A stretch of 64,000 bases of DNA from an uncultured Actinomycetes bacterium (lineage in GTDB: Bacteria > Actinomycetota > Thermoleophilia > UBA2241), in contig CAVWIH010000010.1 of NCBI GenBank assembly GCA_963755025.1, positions 1-64,000 on the forward strand, given 5' to 3'. Under the pieces are notes generated by a model. It was not told the DNA's origin and made no database searches. It saw only the letters and a program-made list of their open reading frames with translations. Positions 8,633-19,150 of this stretch are shown here, piece after piece. Positions within the stretch are counted from its first letter, which is position 1. Each line of letters opens with the position of its first letter. The translations under genes and the position numbers were made by a program.

Positions 8633-9751
8633 TCAGGGCATATGCAGCAGGTACCGACGGCAGGCGGAGGGCGCCTCGAAGTCGGACAGGCGACTGACCT
8701 TGACGACGTCGCCGGTGTGCGGCGCCTGCACCACTAGCCCGTCGCCGGCGTAGATCACCACGTGGTGGATGGGGTTGCCGAAGAACACGAGGTCGGCGGG
8801 CTGAAGCTGTGACTCGGGGACCGGCGTGCCCATGTCGGCCTGGTAAGCGGCGAAGTGCGGGAACGCGACGCCGTACCTGGCATAGACGTACAGCACGAGG
8901 CCCGAACAGTCGAAGCCGCTCGGGGTGGCGCCGCCCCACACGTACGGCACTCCCAGGAACTTGAGCGCGTCGCGGACCACGCCGATCTGGGCCTGCGTGC
9001 CGTGGATGGTGCCGATCTGCGCGAGCGCGACGCGACCCAGGTGGCCGGCCGAAGCCGCCGCCAGCCGATCGCGCTGGTCGACGATGCGCTTGATGCGGCC
9101 GTTCAGCCCGTTCAGGATCGCCTGGCGCTGGGCGAGTTGATCGGAGATCGTGGCGCGCGCCGCGTCGACGCGCTGCTGCACGACCATCGCCTGGTCGCGT
9201 GTGGTCGCGATCGACGCCTGCAGGGCGGCCACGCGCTTGACGGTGGCGATGAACCCGCTGCGCAGCGCGCGGTCCTGCTGGTTGACGCGCTTGTAGAGCT
9301 CGACGCGCGCTCCGGCGCCCGTGAGACCGCCGCCGTCGAGCACCTCGTCGAGCACGCCGTAGTCGCCGAGCTTGTACATCCAGGCGAGGTGCGCGCCCAG
9401 CACCGACTGCTGTCGGGCAAGGGCGCTCTGGCTCTGGGCGAGCTGCAGCCGGACCCGACCGAGCTGGATCTCGATCGCGGCGAGCTGCGACTCGGCGCCG
9501 TCCCACTGCTCGACGACCACCTCGAGGCGGTCGTCGAGGGCGGCGACCTGGTGCTGGACCTGGTCGGCGACCTGCTGCAGCCCCGAGAGACTGGTCGGCT
9601 GCCGGGTGGCGACGATCGCCTGCGGGTTCGCCGCGGCGCTGCCCGCCGACAGGCAGGCGAGACAGGCCGCCAGGGCGCCGGCGAGTACGCCGGCGCGCAG
9701 CAGCCGCCACAGGCGGCCGGGACGTGCGCTGGTGTCGGTAGAGGAGCTCAT
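8633..9751 (-). CDS. Secreted coiled-coil NlpC/P60 (C40) peptidoglycan endopeptidase
   Basis: Signal peptide (AAA|NP), long coiled coil, GVPYVWGGATPSGFDCSGLV and HHVVIYAGDG. Confidence 0.92.
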   Translation of the reverse strand: MSSSTDTSARPGRLWRLLRAGVLAGALAACLACLSAGSAAANPQAIVATRQPTSLSGLQQVADQVQHQVAALDDRLEVVVEQWDGAESQLAAIEIQLGRVRLQLAQSQSALARQQSVLGAHLAWMYKLGDYGVLDEVLDGGGLTGAGARVELYKRVNQQDRALRSGFIATVKRVAALQASIATTRDQAMVVQQRVDAARATISDQLAQRQAILNGLNGRIKRIVDQRDRLAAASAGHLGRVALAQIGTIHGTQAQIGVVRDALKFLGVPYVWGGATPSGFDCSGLVLYVYARYGVAFPHFAAYQADMGTPVPESQLQPADLVFFGNPIHHVVIYAGDGLVVQAPHTGDVVKVSRLSDFEAPSACRRYLLHMP

Positions 9752-9883
9752 GAAGGTCGTCAGGGTCTGTATCGGCCGGTCACGGCGGGCCTTGACCGGC
9801 GCGCCGCCGCCGCGGGCGCTGACGTCGTCGCGGACGCGGCCCCGGCCGGCCGGCGAAGCGCCCTTTGGGCGGGGGTCGGGACC

Positions 9884-9912
9884 TTTACAGGGCCGCAGAG
9901 CGGCGGTATACT
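9884..9912 (+). promoter_or_regulatory. Sigma70-type promoter of tRNA-fMet
   Basis: TTTACA-N17-TATACT followed by a GC-rich discriminator. Confidence 0.75.
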
Positions 9913-9951
9913 GCCAGCCCTGCTTGGGAACAAGGCAAGCAGATGGTACGT

Positions 9952-10028
<77 letters not shown>

Positions 10029-10036
10029 AGCCTTCC

Positions 10037-10066
10037 GGGGCGCCCGTTCGGGCGCCCTATTTTTTT
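10037..10066 (+). terminator. Rho-independent terminator after tRNA-fMet
   Basis: GGGCGCCC-GTTC-GGGCGCCC followed by TATTTTTTT. Confidence 0.85.
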
Positions 10067-10124
10067 GGTCCTGACGTACTATGCTCTGACGCGCCCACGT
10101 TCGCTTGGCACAAAGGAGACAGGC

Positions 10125-10472
10125 ATGGTGACGACGCTGATCGTCAACGGGAGTCCCTACGGCAGCGAGCTGCCCTATAACGCCCTGCGACTGGCCGGCG
10201 CCCTGCTCGTCAAGGGGCACTGGGTCGAGCTCTTCTTCCTGGGCGACGGCGTGCACACGGCGCGCCGCGGCCAGGACCCGCGGGGCGCGCACGCCTCGCT
10301 CGAAGAGTCACTGCTCGAGCTGCTCGGCAAGGGCGCCGTGGTCACGCTTTGCGGCACCTGCTGCCAGACGCGCGGCCTGACTGCCGCCGACGTCGTCGAC
10401 GGCGCGCAGCTCGGCACCATCCACGACCTCGCCGACCTCGTCGTGCGCAGCGACCGGGTCGTCTCGTTCTAG
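10125..10472 (+). CDS. DsrE/YchN family sulfur-relay protein
   Basis: PYGSE..YNALRLA, FFLGDGV, CGTCCQTRG and SDRVVSF. AAGGAG RBS. Confidence 0.9.
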   Translation: MVTTLIVNGSPYGSELPYNALRLAGALLVKGHWVELFFLGDGVHTARRGQDPRGAHASLEESLLELLGKGAVVTLCGTCCQTRGLTAADVVDGAQLGTIHDLADLVVRSDRVVSF

Positions 10473-10547
10473 GTCCCATGGCGGCGAGCGACAGGCGGCT
10501 CCGGCGATGGTGAGCGGCGCTCCTGCCGGCGCCCGGCGGCGCGGGCG

Positions 10548-12044
10548 ATGGTGAGCGGCGCGCCGACGGGGCTCGACCGCGCGGGCGCCTGACGGCCGAC
10601 CTGCGCCGGCGGGCGGCCGACTTCGTCGCCGCCGGCGCCCTGCTGCTCCCCGGCGAACGGCTGCTGCTCATGCTCTCGGGCGGCGCCGACTCCATGGCCC
10701 TGCTCGACATCGTGCGCGCCGTCGACCGGCGCCTCGGCCTGGGTCTCGAGCTGGCCGTCCTGCACGTCGACTACGCCACGCGGGGCGTCGCCTCGACGCG
10801 CGACCGCCGAGATCGTCGCCGCGGCTTGCGCCGCGCTCGGCGTGCCGCTGCACGTCGTGCGCCTCGCGCGCAAGCCGGCCGCGGCGGACTTCCAGGAGCG
10901 CGCCCGCGAGATCCGTTACGACGCCGCGCGGGCGCTCGTGGCGCGTGGCGACGCCGACCTCGTCGTCACCGCCCACAATCGCGACGACCAGGCCGAGACG
11001 GTGCTCTATCGCCTCGTCAAATACGCCGCGCCCTCGTCGCTGCGCGCCATGCGGCCGCGCGAGCAGGGCCTCGCCCGGCCGCTGCTCTGCCTGGGGGCGG
11101 CCGAGCTGCGCGCCTACTGTGCCGAGCGCGGCATCGCCTACGGCCACGACGAGAGCAACGACGCCGTCGACTACCGCCGCAACCTCGTGCGTCACGAGGT
11201 GCTGCCCGTGCTCTCGACCATCAACCCGCGGGTCGCCGAGACCCTCGCCGACGCCGCGGCGCTGGCCGACCAGGAGCACGCCGTCGTGGCGGCGGCCGTC
11301 GACCAGGCGTGGGCCCGCGTGGCGTTGCCGGCCGTGCACCCCGCCGACGGCGAGGCCGGCGCCGGCCCAGGCGTCGACCACGCCGGCGAAGGCCGGCCGG
11401 TACCGGGCGGCGAGCCGGCGTGGACGCTCGACCTGAGGGCCCTGGCCGCCGAACCACCCGCGCTGCGCGCGCTCTGCCTGCGCCGCCTCGCCGCCGCCGC
11501 GCTGGGCGACGAGGCGCTGCTCGGCCGGCGCGCCACGCAGCTCCTCGAGCGGCTCGCGGCCGGCAGCGCCGGGTCGCGGGCCGTCACGCTGAGCGCCGCG
11601 CTCGAGGCGGTGCGCGAGTACGACCGGCTCACGGTGCGCCGCCGGCAGCCGGACCACGTCTGCGCGCCCGCCGTCCTCGCGCCGGGCTCGTCGGTGGTCT
11701 TCTGCGGCCGGCGCTACCGCGCCGACCTGATCCACGGTCCCGCGTTCGAACGCACGACCACCGAGGCCTGGCTGTCCGTCTCGCGCCCCGACTGCGAGAT
11801 CGTGCTGCGCCACCCGCGGCGCGGCGACCGCCTGCGTCCGTTCGGCATGGCCGCCGACGTGCTGCTGAGCGATCTCTTCGGCGCCGGCCACGTGCCGCGC
11901 GCCCGGCGACCGCTCGCGGTGGTAGCCGACCTCGACGGCCGGCCGGCCTGGGTCTGCCCGGGGCGCAGCTCCGAATGGTTCCGGGTGACGGCGGAGACAC
12001 CGTATACTCTTCACATCTTCGAACAGGCAACGGAGGCGACGTGA
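10548..12044 (+). CDS. tilS: tRNA(Ile)-lysidine synthetase (frameshifted in assembly; start approximate)
   Basis: SGGADS (ORF 10670 frame) continues after a shift near 10805 into AREIRY, TAHNRDDQAETVL, RPLL and DESN..YRRN.VRH. Lies upstream of hpt. Confidence 0.9.
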
Positions 12045-12592
12045 TCGACCCGATCGGCGACACCCTGGTAGGCCGCGACGAGCTGCGCGCGAAGATCGCC
12101 GAGCTCGGCGCGCAGATCTCGGCCGACTACGAGGGCAAGGACCTCGTGCTCGTGGGCGTGCTCAAGGGCGCGGTCTTCTTTCTGGCCGACCTGGCCCGCA
12201 CCCTCACCGTCCCCTGCTCGATCGACTTCATGGCCGTCACCAGCTACGGCTCGTCGACCGACTCGTCGGGCGTCGTGCGCATCCTCAAAGACCTGGACCA
12301 CCCCATCGAGGGGCGCGACATCCTGATCGTCGAGGACATCATCGACTCGGGGCTCACCCTGAGCTACCTGCTCAAGAACCTGCGTTCGCGCAAGCCGGCC
12401 TCGCTCGAGGTCTGCGCCCTGCTCACCAAGCCCGAGCGCCGGCGCATCGACCTCAAGTGCCGCTACATCGGCTTTGAGATCCCCAACGTGTTCGTCGTGG
12501 GGTACGGTCTCGACTGGGACGAACGCTATCGTACGCTCGACCATGTCGCGGGGGTGCGCGAAGAAGCCATCGCCGAGGCGGGGGGAGCCTGA
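12041..12592 (+). CDS. hpt: Hypoxanthine phosphoribosyltransferase
   Basis: VGVLKGA, SYGSST.SSG, IVEDIIDSGLTL and FVVGYGLD. Confidence 0.96.
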   Translation: MIDPIGDTLVGRDELRAKIAELGAQISADYEGKDLVLVGVLKGAVFFLADLARTLTVPCSIDFMAVTSYGSSTDSSGVVRILKDLDHPIEGRDILIVEDIIDSGLTLSYLLKNLRSRKPASLEVCALLTKPERRRIDLKCRYIGFEIPNVFVVGYGLDWDERYRTLDHVAGVREEAIAEAGGA

Positions 12593-12682
12593 GGGTTCTT
12601 TGCCCCAGTCTCAGGGGTATGCTAGGGTCAAGCGCCCACGGGGCGCCCACCTTGGCATGTTCCCCTCGTCGAGAGAGTTGAC

Positions 12683-15033
12683 GTGAGCAGATTCATCCGC
12701 AGCGCCTTCTTCCCGATCCTCGTGGTCATCGTGTTGGCGATCGTCATCAACATGATGGTGCATCGTGGGAACGGCGGCTCGAGCGGTTCGGCCAAGCCCA
12801 ATTACCAGGGCACCACCACGGTCCTGAACGTGCCGGCCACCAAGCCGCTCTCACAGCTTGCCGCCGATCTGGCCGCCGGCAACGTGCGCGCCATCGTCGC
12901 CGACCAGCAGACCCACGCGGCGCGCGTGACCGTCGGCCCGGCCGCGTCGTCGTCGACCGGCTCCTCCGGCTCGTCGTCGTCTTCGTCTGCGACCGGCTCC
13001 TCCGCCTCGTCGACGGCTCGTCGTCGGCTCGTCGTCGACCGGCTCGTCGTCTTCGTCTACGACCGGCTCGTCGTCGACCGGCTCTTCCGCCGCGACCACC
13101 GACTACGGGGTCGTGTACGATCCCGCTTCGTTTGCCGCGCTGCTCGCCAACTACAAGGTCACGCCCACCACGGGCGACGTGGCCACCACGAGCACCCCCC
13201 AGAGCTTCGTCAACGACCTGCAGAACGGTCGCATCTCGGCGATCGTCATGAACACCAAGAACCAGACGCTGCAGGTCACGCTGAACGACGCCAGCAAGAC
13301 CAAGTACACGGTCTCGTACCCGTCCACCACGACCACCACCCAGCTCATCGACCAGTTCAACGTGCAGCTCGTCTCGAAGAACCCGGGCAGCCCGCTCTGG
13401 GGCAGCCTGCTGTCGTTCATCCTGCCGCTGGTGCTCATCCTGGGCTTCTGGTTCTTCATCATGAACCAGATGCAGGGCGGCGGCTCCAAGGTGATGAGCT
13501 TCGGCAAGAGCCGCGCCAAGCGCGCGAGCGTCGACTCCCCCAAGGTCACCTTCAAAGACGTGGCGGGCATCGACGAGACGGTCGAAGAGCTGCAAGAGAT
13601 CAAGGAGTTCCTCGAGAACCCCAAGAAGTTCCAGCAGCTCGGGGCGCGCATCCCCAAGGGCGTCTTGTTGTTCGGCCCTCCCGGCACCGGCAAGACGCTG
13701 CTGGCGCGCGCCGTGGCCGGCGAGGCCGGCGTGCCGTTCTTCAGCATCTCGGGCTCCGACTTCGTCGAGATGTTCGTGGGCGTCGGGCGCGAGCCGCGTG
13801 CGCGACCTCTTCGAGCAGGCCAAGCAGAACTCGCCCTGCATCATCTTCATGGACGAGATCGACGCCGTGGGCCGCCATCGCGGCACAGGCATGGGCGGCG
13901 GTCACGACGAGCGCGAGCAGACCCTGAACCAGCTGCTGGTCGAGATGGACGGCTTCGAGATGAAGGACAACATCATCCTGATCGCCGCCACCAACCGCCC
14001 CGACATCCTCGACCCGGCGCTGCTGCGCCCGGGCCGCTTCGACCGCCAGATCGTGGTCGACCGCCCCGACCGCCAGGGCCGCCAGGACATCCTCGCCGTG
14101 CACACCCGCGGCAAGCCGATCGCCAAGCACATCGACCTGGACACGCTGGCCGCCCAGACCCCGGGCTTCACCGGCGCCGACCTGGCCAACCTAGTCAACG
14201 AGGCCGCCCTGCTGGCCGCCCGGCGGGGCCACAAGATCATCGACATGCCCGAGCTCGAAGAGGGCATCATGCGCGTGCTGGCGGGCCCCGAGAAGAAGAG
14301 CCGCCTGCTCTCCGACAAAGAGAAGGCGATCACCGCCTACCACGAGATGGGCCACGCCCTGGTGGGTCACTTCCTGGCCCACACCGACCCGGTGCACAAG
14401 ATCAGCATCGTGAGCCGCGGCGCGGCGCTGGGCTTCACCATCTCGCTGCCCGCCGAAGACAAGTTCCTGACCACGATGGGTGAGTTAAACGACACCCTGG
14501 CGATGACCCTGGGCGGTCGCGCCGCCGAGGAGATCCAGTTCGGCGAGATCACCACGGGCGCCGCCAACGACTTGGAGAAGGCCACCGACACCGCCAAGCA
14601 GATGATCATGCGCTGGGGCATGAGCGAGAAGCTCGGCCCCCGCACCCTGGGCCACAACCAGGCGATGCCCTTCCTGGGCCGCGACTTCTCGCAAGAGGCC
14701 GACTACTCGCAGGAGATCGCCCAGGCGATCGACGACGAGATCAAACGCATCATCGAAGAGGCCCACGACCGCGCCCGCGCCGTGCTGCACGACCACCGCG
14801 AGCAGCTCGACTCCACGGCCAAGATCCTGATCGACCGCGAGACCCTCGAACGCGGCGAGTTCGAAGCGCTGCTGGCCGGCACCCCAGAAGAAGAGGTCTT
14901 CCGCGAGAAAGACGCCAAGGCCCGCCAGCGCAGCACCGGCGACAGCCCCAGCGAGCGCCGCACCCCGACGCCGCAGCAGCCGCGCCTGGGGCAGCCCGCC
15001 CCGGTCAATCCGCTCAATCCCGAACCGACCTGA
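12683..15033 (+). CDS. ftsH: ATP-dependent zinc metalloprotease FtsH (frameshifts near 13020 and 13790)
   Basis: Two TM segments, [43 protein letters not shown] and AYHEMGH spread over three ORFs. Confidence 0.95.
12944..13090 (+). repeat. Low-complexity TCGTCGACCGGCTC-type repeats encoding a Ser/Thr/Gly linker in FtsH
   Basis: Recurrent TCGTCG(A/T)CGACCGGCTC units translating to SSSTGSS. Confidence 0.8.
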
Positions 15034-15059
15034 GTCGGGCAGAGAGCCACCGGCCGGCC

Positions 15060-15626
15060 ATGGACAAAGCAAAGATCGAACAGGCGGTGCTCCTGTACCT
15101 CGAGGGCATCGGCGAAGACGTCACGCGGCCCGGACTGCGCGACACCCCGCGGCGTGTCGCCGAGATGTGGGACGACATCTTCTTCGGCCTCGAGTCCGAC
15201 CCCCGCGAGCTCCTCGTGCCCATGGACGAAGACCACCACCACGAGATGGTGCTGGTGCGCGACATCGCCTTCTACTCGGTCTGCGAGCATCACCTGCTGC
15301 CCTTCGTGGGCACCGCTCACGTCGCCTACATCCCGAGCAGCAGCGGCCACATCGCCGGCCTGTCCAAGCTGGCCCGCGTGGTGCGCACGATCGCCGCGCG
15401 CCCGCAGCTCCAGGAGCGCATCACGAGCGAGGTCGCCGATACCATCGTCGACGCCCTGAACCCCCTCGGAGCACTCGTGCTGATCGAGGCTGAGCACCTC
15501 TGCATGTCCATGCGCGGCGTACGCGCCCAGGGCACCAAGACGGTGACGAGCGCGGTGCGCGGCATCGTCGAGTCCAACGACGCCACCCGCGCCGAGGTCC
15601 TGGCGCTCATCAACGCCGGCCGCTAG
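15060..15626 (+). CDS. folE: GTP cyclohydrolase I
   Basis: DTPRRVA, SVCEHHLLPF, GLSKLAR, RPQLQE and HLCMSMRG. Confidence 0.97.
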   Translation: MDKAKIEQAVLLYLEGIGEDVTRPGLRDTPRRVAEMWDDIFFGLESDPRELLVPMDEDHHHEMVLVRDIAFYSVCEHHLLPFVGTAHVAYIPSSSGHIAGLSKLARVVRTIAARPQLQERITSEVADTIVDALNPLGALVLIEAEHLCMSMRGVRAQGTKTVTSAVRGIVESNDATRAEVLALINAGR

Positions 15627-15647
15627 GCCGCGCCGCCTCTCGCCCGC

Positions 15648-16529
15648 GTGCGCTACCCGCCCACAGACCTGCAGGTGAGCCTGCCGTGCGTCATGGGCAT
15701 CGTCAACGTCACGCCCGACTCCTTCTCCGACGGCGGCGAGCACGCCGACACCGACTCGGCCGTGGCGCACGGCCTGCTGCTCGCCGCCGAGGGCGCCGCC
15801 ATCCTGGACGTGGGCGGCGAGTCGACCAGGCCGGGCTCCGACCCGGTCACGGCCGACGACGAACTGGCGCGCGTCGTGCCGGTGATCGAGCGTCTCGCCG
15901 TCGCCTCGCAGGCGCTCATCTCGGTCGACACCACCAAGGCGGTCGTGGCGCGCGCCGCCTTAGACGCCGGCGCCGTGCTGGTCAACGACGTCACCGCGCT
16001 GCGCGGCGACCCCGCCATGGCGGCGCTGGTCGCCGAACGCGGCTGTCCGCTGTGCCTCATGCACATGCTCGGCGAGCCGCGCACCATGCAGGACGATCCG
16101 CGCTACGACGACGTGGTGGGCGAAGTCGTCGCCTTTCTCGAGGAGCGCCTGGCCTACGCCGTCGCCGCCGGAGTGCGCGAGGAGCAGGTGCTGCTCGACC
16201 CCGGCATCGGCTTCGGCAAGACGCTGCGTCACAACCTGTTGCTGCTCGCCCACCTCGACCGGATCGCGGCGCTGGGCCGCCCCGTCGTGCTGGGCGCGTC
16301 GCGCAAGCGCTTCATCGGCGTCCTGCTCGACGCCGCGCCCGGCGAGCGCACCGTCGGCACCGTCGCCACGACCGTCCTTGGCCTCGCCCGCGGCGCGGCC
16401 ATCGTGCGCGTGCACGACGTGCGCCCCAACGCCGAGGCGCTGCGCGTGGCGCAGGCCATCCTCGACGTCGACTCACCCGACGGCGACGTGGTCGCCGCCG
16501 CCGCCGCGGGCCGCCGGAGCCCCCTGTGA
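15648..16529 (+). CDS. folP: Dihydropteroate synthase
   Basis: MGIVNVTPDSFSDGG, DVGGESTRPG, DPGIGFGK, SRKRF and RVHDV. Confidence 0.97.
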   Translation: MRYPPTDLQVSLPCVMGIVNVTPDSFSDGGEHADTDSAVAHGLLLAAEGAAILDVGGESTRPGSDPVTADDELARVVPVIERLAVASQALISVDTTKAVVARAALDAGAVLVNDVTALRGDPAMAALVAERGCPLCLMHMLGEPRTMQDDPRYDDVVGEVVAFLEERLAYAVAAGVREEQVLLDPGIGFGKTLRHNLLLLAHLDRIAALGRPVVLGASRKRFIGVLLDAAPGERTVGTVATTVLGLARGAAIVRVHDVRPNAEALRVAQAILDVDSPDGDVVAAAAAGRRSPL

Positions 16530-16900
16530 GCCCGGCGCGGCGCTCCCTGGAGATCTCGCTCGCCGCCCTCGAGGCGCCCTGTCACTGCGGCGTGACCGCC
16601 GAAGAGCGCCGCGTGGCGCAGACGCTGCTGCTCGACCTGCGCCTCACGCCGCTCGAGGTCGGCGACTACGCAGGCGACGACCTCGCCGGCACGATCGACT
16701 ACGGCGGCGTCGCCCGCCTGGCCGTGGCGACGGCCGCCGAACGGCCCTACAAGCTGCTGGAGCGCCTGGCGACCGAGATCGCCGACCGCCTGTGGGCCGC
16801 CCACGAGCTCGCCGAGCTCTCTGTCTCGGTGCGCAAACAAGCGCCGCCGGTCGGTTCGCCGGCCGCGACGGCCGGCGCCCACCTCACCTACCGGCGATGA
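16526..16900 (+). CDS. folB: Dihydroneopterin aldolase
   Basis: HCGVTAEER..Q, DDLAGTIDY, KLLERLA and SVRK. GTG overlaps the folP stop. Confidence 0.88.
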   Translation: MSPARRSLEISLAALEAPCHCGVTAEERRVAQTLLLDLRLTPLEVGDYAGDDLAGTIDYGGVARLAVATAAERPYKLLERLATEIADRLWAAHELAELSVSVRKQAPPVGSPAATAGAHLTYRR

Positions 16901-16922
16901 CGGCGAAGGTGATCCGGGCGGC

Positions 16923-17453
16923 ATGAACGCCACGGGCGAGGGGGCGCAGGGCCCCGCCAGGCAGGCGCGTCGCGCCTTTGTGTCGCTCGGCGCCAATCTG
17001 GGCGAGCGCGCCGCGGCGCTGCGCGCCGCGCGCGCCGCGCTCGCCGCGCTGCCGGGCACGACCGTGGTGGCCGCGTCGCGCCTCTTCGAGACCGCCCCGC
17101 AAGACGTGACCGACCAGCCCTCGTTCCTGAACCAGGTCGTGTGCCTCGACACGACCCTCTCGCCGCTCGAACTGCTGGCCGCGGCGCACCGTATCGAGGA
17201 CTCCGCCGGGCGTGTCCGCGAGCTGCGGTTTGGTCCGCGCACCCTCGATGTCGATATACTCCTCTTTCAAGGTGTGGAGAGCGCCGCTCCCGAGCTCACG
17301 CTGCCACACCCGCGGCTATGGCAGCGCGCCTTTGTGCTCGTGCCTCTCGCCGAGCTCTGGTCGCTCGCGCGCGACATGCCGCAGGTCGACGTCGCCCGGC
17401 TCGCCGCCGAGCTCGCCGGAAGCCAGGCCGTCAGGCCGTACGCGGAGGACTGA
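16923..17453 (+). CDS. folK: 2-amino-4-hydroxy-6-hydroxymethyldihydropteridine pyrophosphokinase
   Basis: SLGANLG, FLNQV, GPRTLDVDIL and PHPRLWQRAFVLVPL. Confidence 0.95.
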   Translation: MNATGEGAQGPARQARRAFVSLGANLGERAAALRAARAALAALPGTTVVAASRLFETAPQDVTDQPSFLNQVVCLDTTLSPLELLAAAHRIEDSAGRVRELRFGPRTLDVDILLFQGVESAAPELTLPHPRLWQRAFVLVPLAELWSLARDMPQVDVARLAAELAGSQAVRPYAED

Positions 17454-17515
17454 TCGACGAGCACCGACCTCACCATCCAGCCGGGCGCCACGATGCCGGC
17501 CCCCGCGGCGCTCGC

Positions 17516-19150
17516 GTGACGGCCGTGCCGCGGCCCTACATCGCCAGCGTGCCGCCGCGCCCCCTGCTGCGCCGCCAGTTCGACGTGCTCGTGCTGGGCG
17601 GCGGCATCGCCGGGCTCACCGCCGCGATCGCCGCGGCGCGTCACTGGCACGTCGGCCTGCTCACCAAGGCGAGCCTGAACGACACCACCACCTTCCTCGC
17701 CCAGGGCGGCATCGCCGCCGCCCTCGGTGAATCCGACTCGCCCGAGCTGCACTTTCAGGACACGGTCGACGCCGGGGCCGGCCTGTGCGACCCCGAAGCC
17801 GTGCGCGTGCTGGTCAACGAAGGTCCCGACCGCGTGCGCGAGCTCATGGAGATCTGCCCGCGCTTCGATCGCCAGGACGGCGAGATCGTGCTCGGCCGCG
17901 AGGGCGCCCACTCGGTGCGCCGCGTGCTGCACGCCGGCGGCGACGCCACCGGGCGCGAGGTCTCGAGCACGCTGTCCGAGGCGGCCCGCATGGGCAGCCG
18001 CGTGCAGCTCTACGAAGACGAGTTCGTCATCGACCTGCTCACCATCGACGGCCGCTGCATCGGCGCGCTGTCGCTCAACCTGGCCGACGGCGAGTACACG
18101 CTGAACCTGGCGATGGTCACCATCCTCGCCACCGGCGGGGCGGGCCAGGTCTACGCGCGCACTACCAACCCCGAGGTCGCCACCGGCGACGGCGTGGCCA
18201 TGGCCTACCGCGCTGGCGCCTCGATACGCGACCTCGAGTTCGTGCAGTTCCACCCCACCGGGCTGGCCGCCGACACCTCGCCGACGCCGCTGATCACCGA
18301 GGCGCTGCGCGGCGAAGGCGCGTTCCTGCGCAACGCCGCCGGCGAGCGCTTCATGACGGGCGTCGACCCCAAGGGCGAGCTCGCGGCGCGCGACGTGGTG
18401 GTGCGCGCCATGCTCGCCGAGATGCGCAGAGAGGGCTCGACGCACGTCTACCTAGACGCGACCGCGCTCGACGCCGACATGTTGCGGGCCCGCTTTCCGC
18501 GGGTCACCGGCCTGCTCGCCGAGCACGACCTCGACCTGAGCCGCGACCTCGTGCCGGTCGCCCCCGTGGCGCACTACTCCATCGGCGGCGTGGTGACCGA
18601 CGTCTGGGGGCGCACCACGGTGCCCGGCCTCTACGCCGCCGGCGAGGTCGCCAGCACGGGCGTGCACGGCGCCAACCGCCTCGCCTCGAACTCCCTGCTC
18701 GAAGGCCTCGTCTTCGGCGACCGCGTCGTGCGCCACCTCGATCGCTACATCGGCGGCCTCGGCGAAGACGTGCGCCGGCTGCAGTTCGAGCTGCCCTCGC
18801 CGTCCGGGCACGCGGCGCCGCCCAGCGACATCGCCGCGGTGCGCCGCCAGGTGACCGGGCTCATGTCCGAAAAGGTGGGCTGGGTGCGCTCCGAAGACGG
18901 CCTGCTCGCCGCGCTCGAGGAGCTGCGCGCCATCAACTCGGCGCTGCGCCTGGGCGAGGCCGGACCGCCCGAGTTCGAGCTGCTCAACATCCTCACGCTC
19001 GCCACCCAGATCACCAAGTGCGCGCTGCTGCGCGAAGAGTCGCGCGGCGTGCACGTGCGCGACGACCACCCCGAGCGCGACGACTACCACTGGCAACGGC
19101 ACATCACCCTGCGACTGCCGGCTGCCCGGGTGGCCGAGCGCCGGCCGTGA
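17516..19150 (+). CDS. nadB: L-aspartate oxidase
   Basis: GGGIAGL, AQGGIAAA, EGAHS..R.LH, QFHPT, TEALRGEG and GVHGANRLASNSLLEG. Precedes nadC. Confidence 0.93.
   Translation: MTAVPRPYIASVPPRPLLRRQFDVLVLGGGIAGLTAAIAAARHWHVGLLTKASLNDTTTFLAQGGIAAALGESDSPELHFQDTVDAGAGLCDPEAVRVLVNEGPDRVRELMEICPRFDRQDGEIVLGREGAHSVRRVLHAGGDATGREVSSTLSEAARMGSRVQLYEDEFVIDLLTIDGRCIGALSLNLADGEYTLNLAMVTILATGGAGQVYARTTNPEVATGDGVAMAYRAGASIRDLEFVQFHPTGLAADTSPTPLITEALRGEGAFLRNAAGERFMTGVDPKGELAARDVVVRAMLAEMRREGSTHVYLDATALDADMLRARFPRVTGLLAEHDLDLSRDLVPVAPVAHYSIGGVVTDVWGRTTVPGLYAAGEVASTGVHGANRLASNSLLEGLVFGDRVVRHLDRYIGGLGEDVRRLQFELPSPSGHAAPPSDIAAVRRQVTGLMSEKVGWVRSEDGLLAALEELRAINSALRLGEAGPPEFELLNILTLATQITKCALLREESRGVHVRDDHPERDDYHWQRHITLRLPAARVAERRP

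Noticed and set aside
9752-9880. c-di-AMP (ydaO) riboswitch upstream of NlpC/P60
   Set aside because: No GAATC/GGAAC-type conserved motifs on the minus strand.
10548-15033. Pseudogenisation or programmed frameshifting of tilS, ftsH and other genes
   Set aside because: Indels hit normally essential genes and GC or homopolymer tracts in more than 10 genes, consistent with long-read consensus error.
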